A model generated the notes under the pieces. The model saw only the letters and a program-made list of their open reading frames with translations. It did not search any database and was not told the origin of the DNA. Shown one piece after another: positions 63,749 through 64,000 of a stretch of DNA of 64,000 nt. Positions within the stretch are counted from its first letter, which is position 1, and every line of letters begins with the position of its first letter. The DNA lies in the NCBI RefSeq assembly GCF_041146345.1, contig NW_027191404.1:2232001-2296000 (forward strand). The letters are read 5' to 3'. The DNA comes from Neodothiora populina. Its lineage: Eukaryota. The translations under genes and the position numbers were made by a program.

Positions 63749-64000
63749 ATGTCTGGCGAGCAAAAGTCTGGAGGTTTGTTCATTTGCCGTTCATTTTTTC
63801 CATGGTAGCGAACAATGGTGACTAACCATGGCTTCAGGTATCCTCGGTGGAGTCGGCACCGCAGTCGGCGGAGTCACAGACACAGTCGGAAAGACTGCCA
63901 GCGGCGTCACTGAAACTGTCGGAAACACTGTTGGAGGAGTTGGCAAGGGCGTCGGCGACACAGTAGGAGGCGCAACTAAGGGCCTCGGCGATACCACAAA
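63749..64000 (+). CDS. 5' part of a Gly/Thr/Val-rich 11-mer repeat protein (LEA/hydrophilin-like); truncated by the window
   Basis: MSGEQKSG|GILGGVGTAVG-GVTDTVGKTAS-GVTETVGNTVG-GVGKGVGDTVG-GATKGLGDTT; intron with CTAAC branch point. Confidence 0.75.

Overview
A gene-dense, intron-containing region of a filamentous ascomycete genome. Short GT-AG introns with CTRAC branch points and the protein families suggest Pezizomycotina, possibly Dothideomycetes (inference). It holds about 28 mostly housekeeping protein genes: PER1, BCS1, an RRM protein, POL1, REX2, PGM, ISA2, a Gfo/Idh/MocA oxidoreductase, Rab escort protein MRS6, AHP1, DUF1348, roadblock, UBP6, HSK3, REC8, an O-methyltransferase, a ferric reductase, a hybrid histidine kinase, a C-N hydrolase, eIF3L, an FAD monooxygenase, TRM1, PEX14, NDC80, an FSY1-like transporter and a LEA-like protein. 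There is one intron-containing tRNA-Ala(UGC). No transposon, CRISPR array or secondary-metabolite backbone gene is seen. The main hidden signal is a compact cluster of three snoRNAs on the minus strand, in and just behind the MRS6 gene (about 18960-20040). The first is a dual-guide C/D snoRNA in the last coding intron, with an snR62/U34-type 25S guide plus a guide to an 18S site I do not recall being methylated in budding yeast. The second is an snR85-type H/ACA snoRNA. The third is a C/D snoRNA in a non-coding intron that points at the 18S G562-equivalent. rRNA target sequences and numbering are recalled from conserved fungal/S. cerevisiae rRNA and are not in this window. All gene models and folds were read by eye and need RNA-seq and Infernal confirmation.
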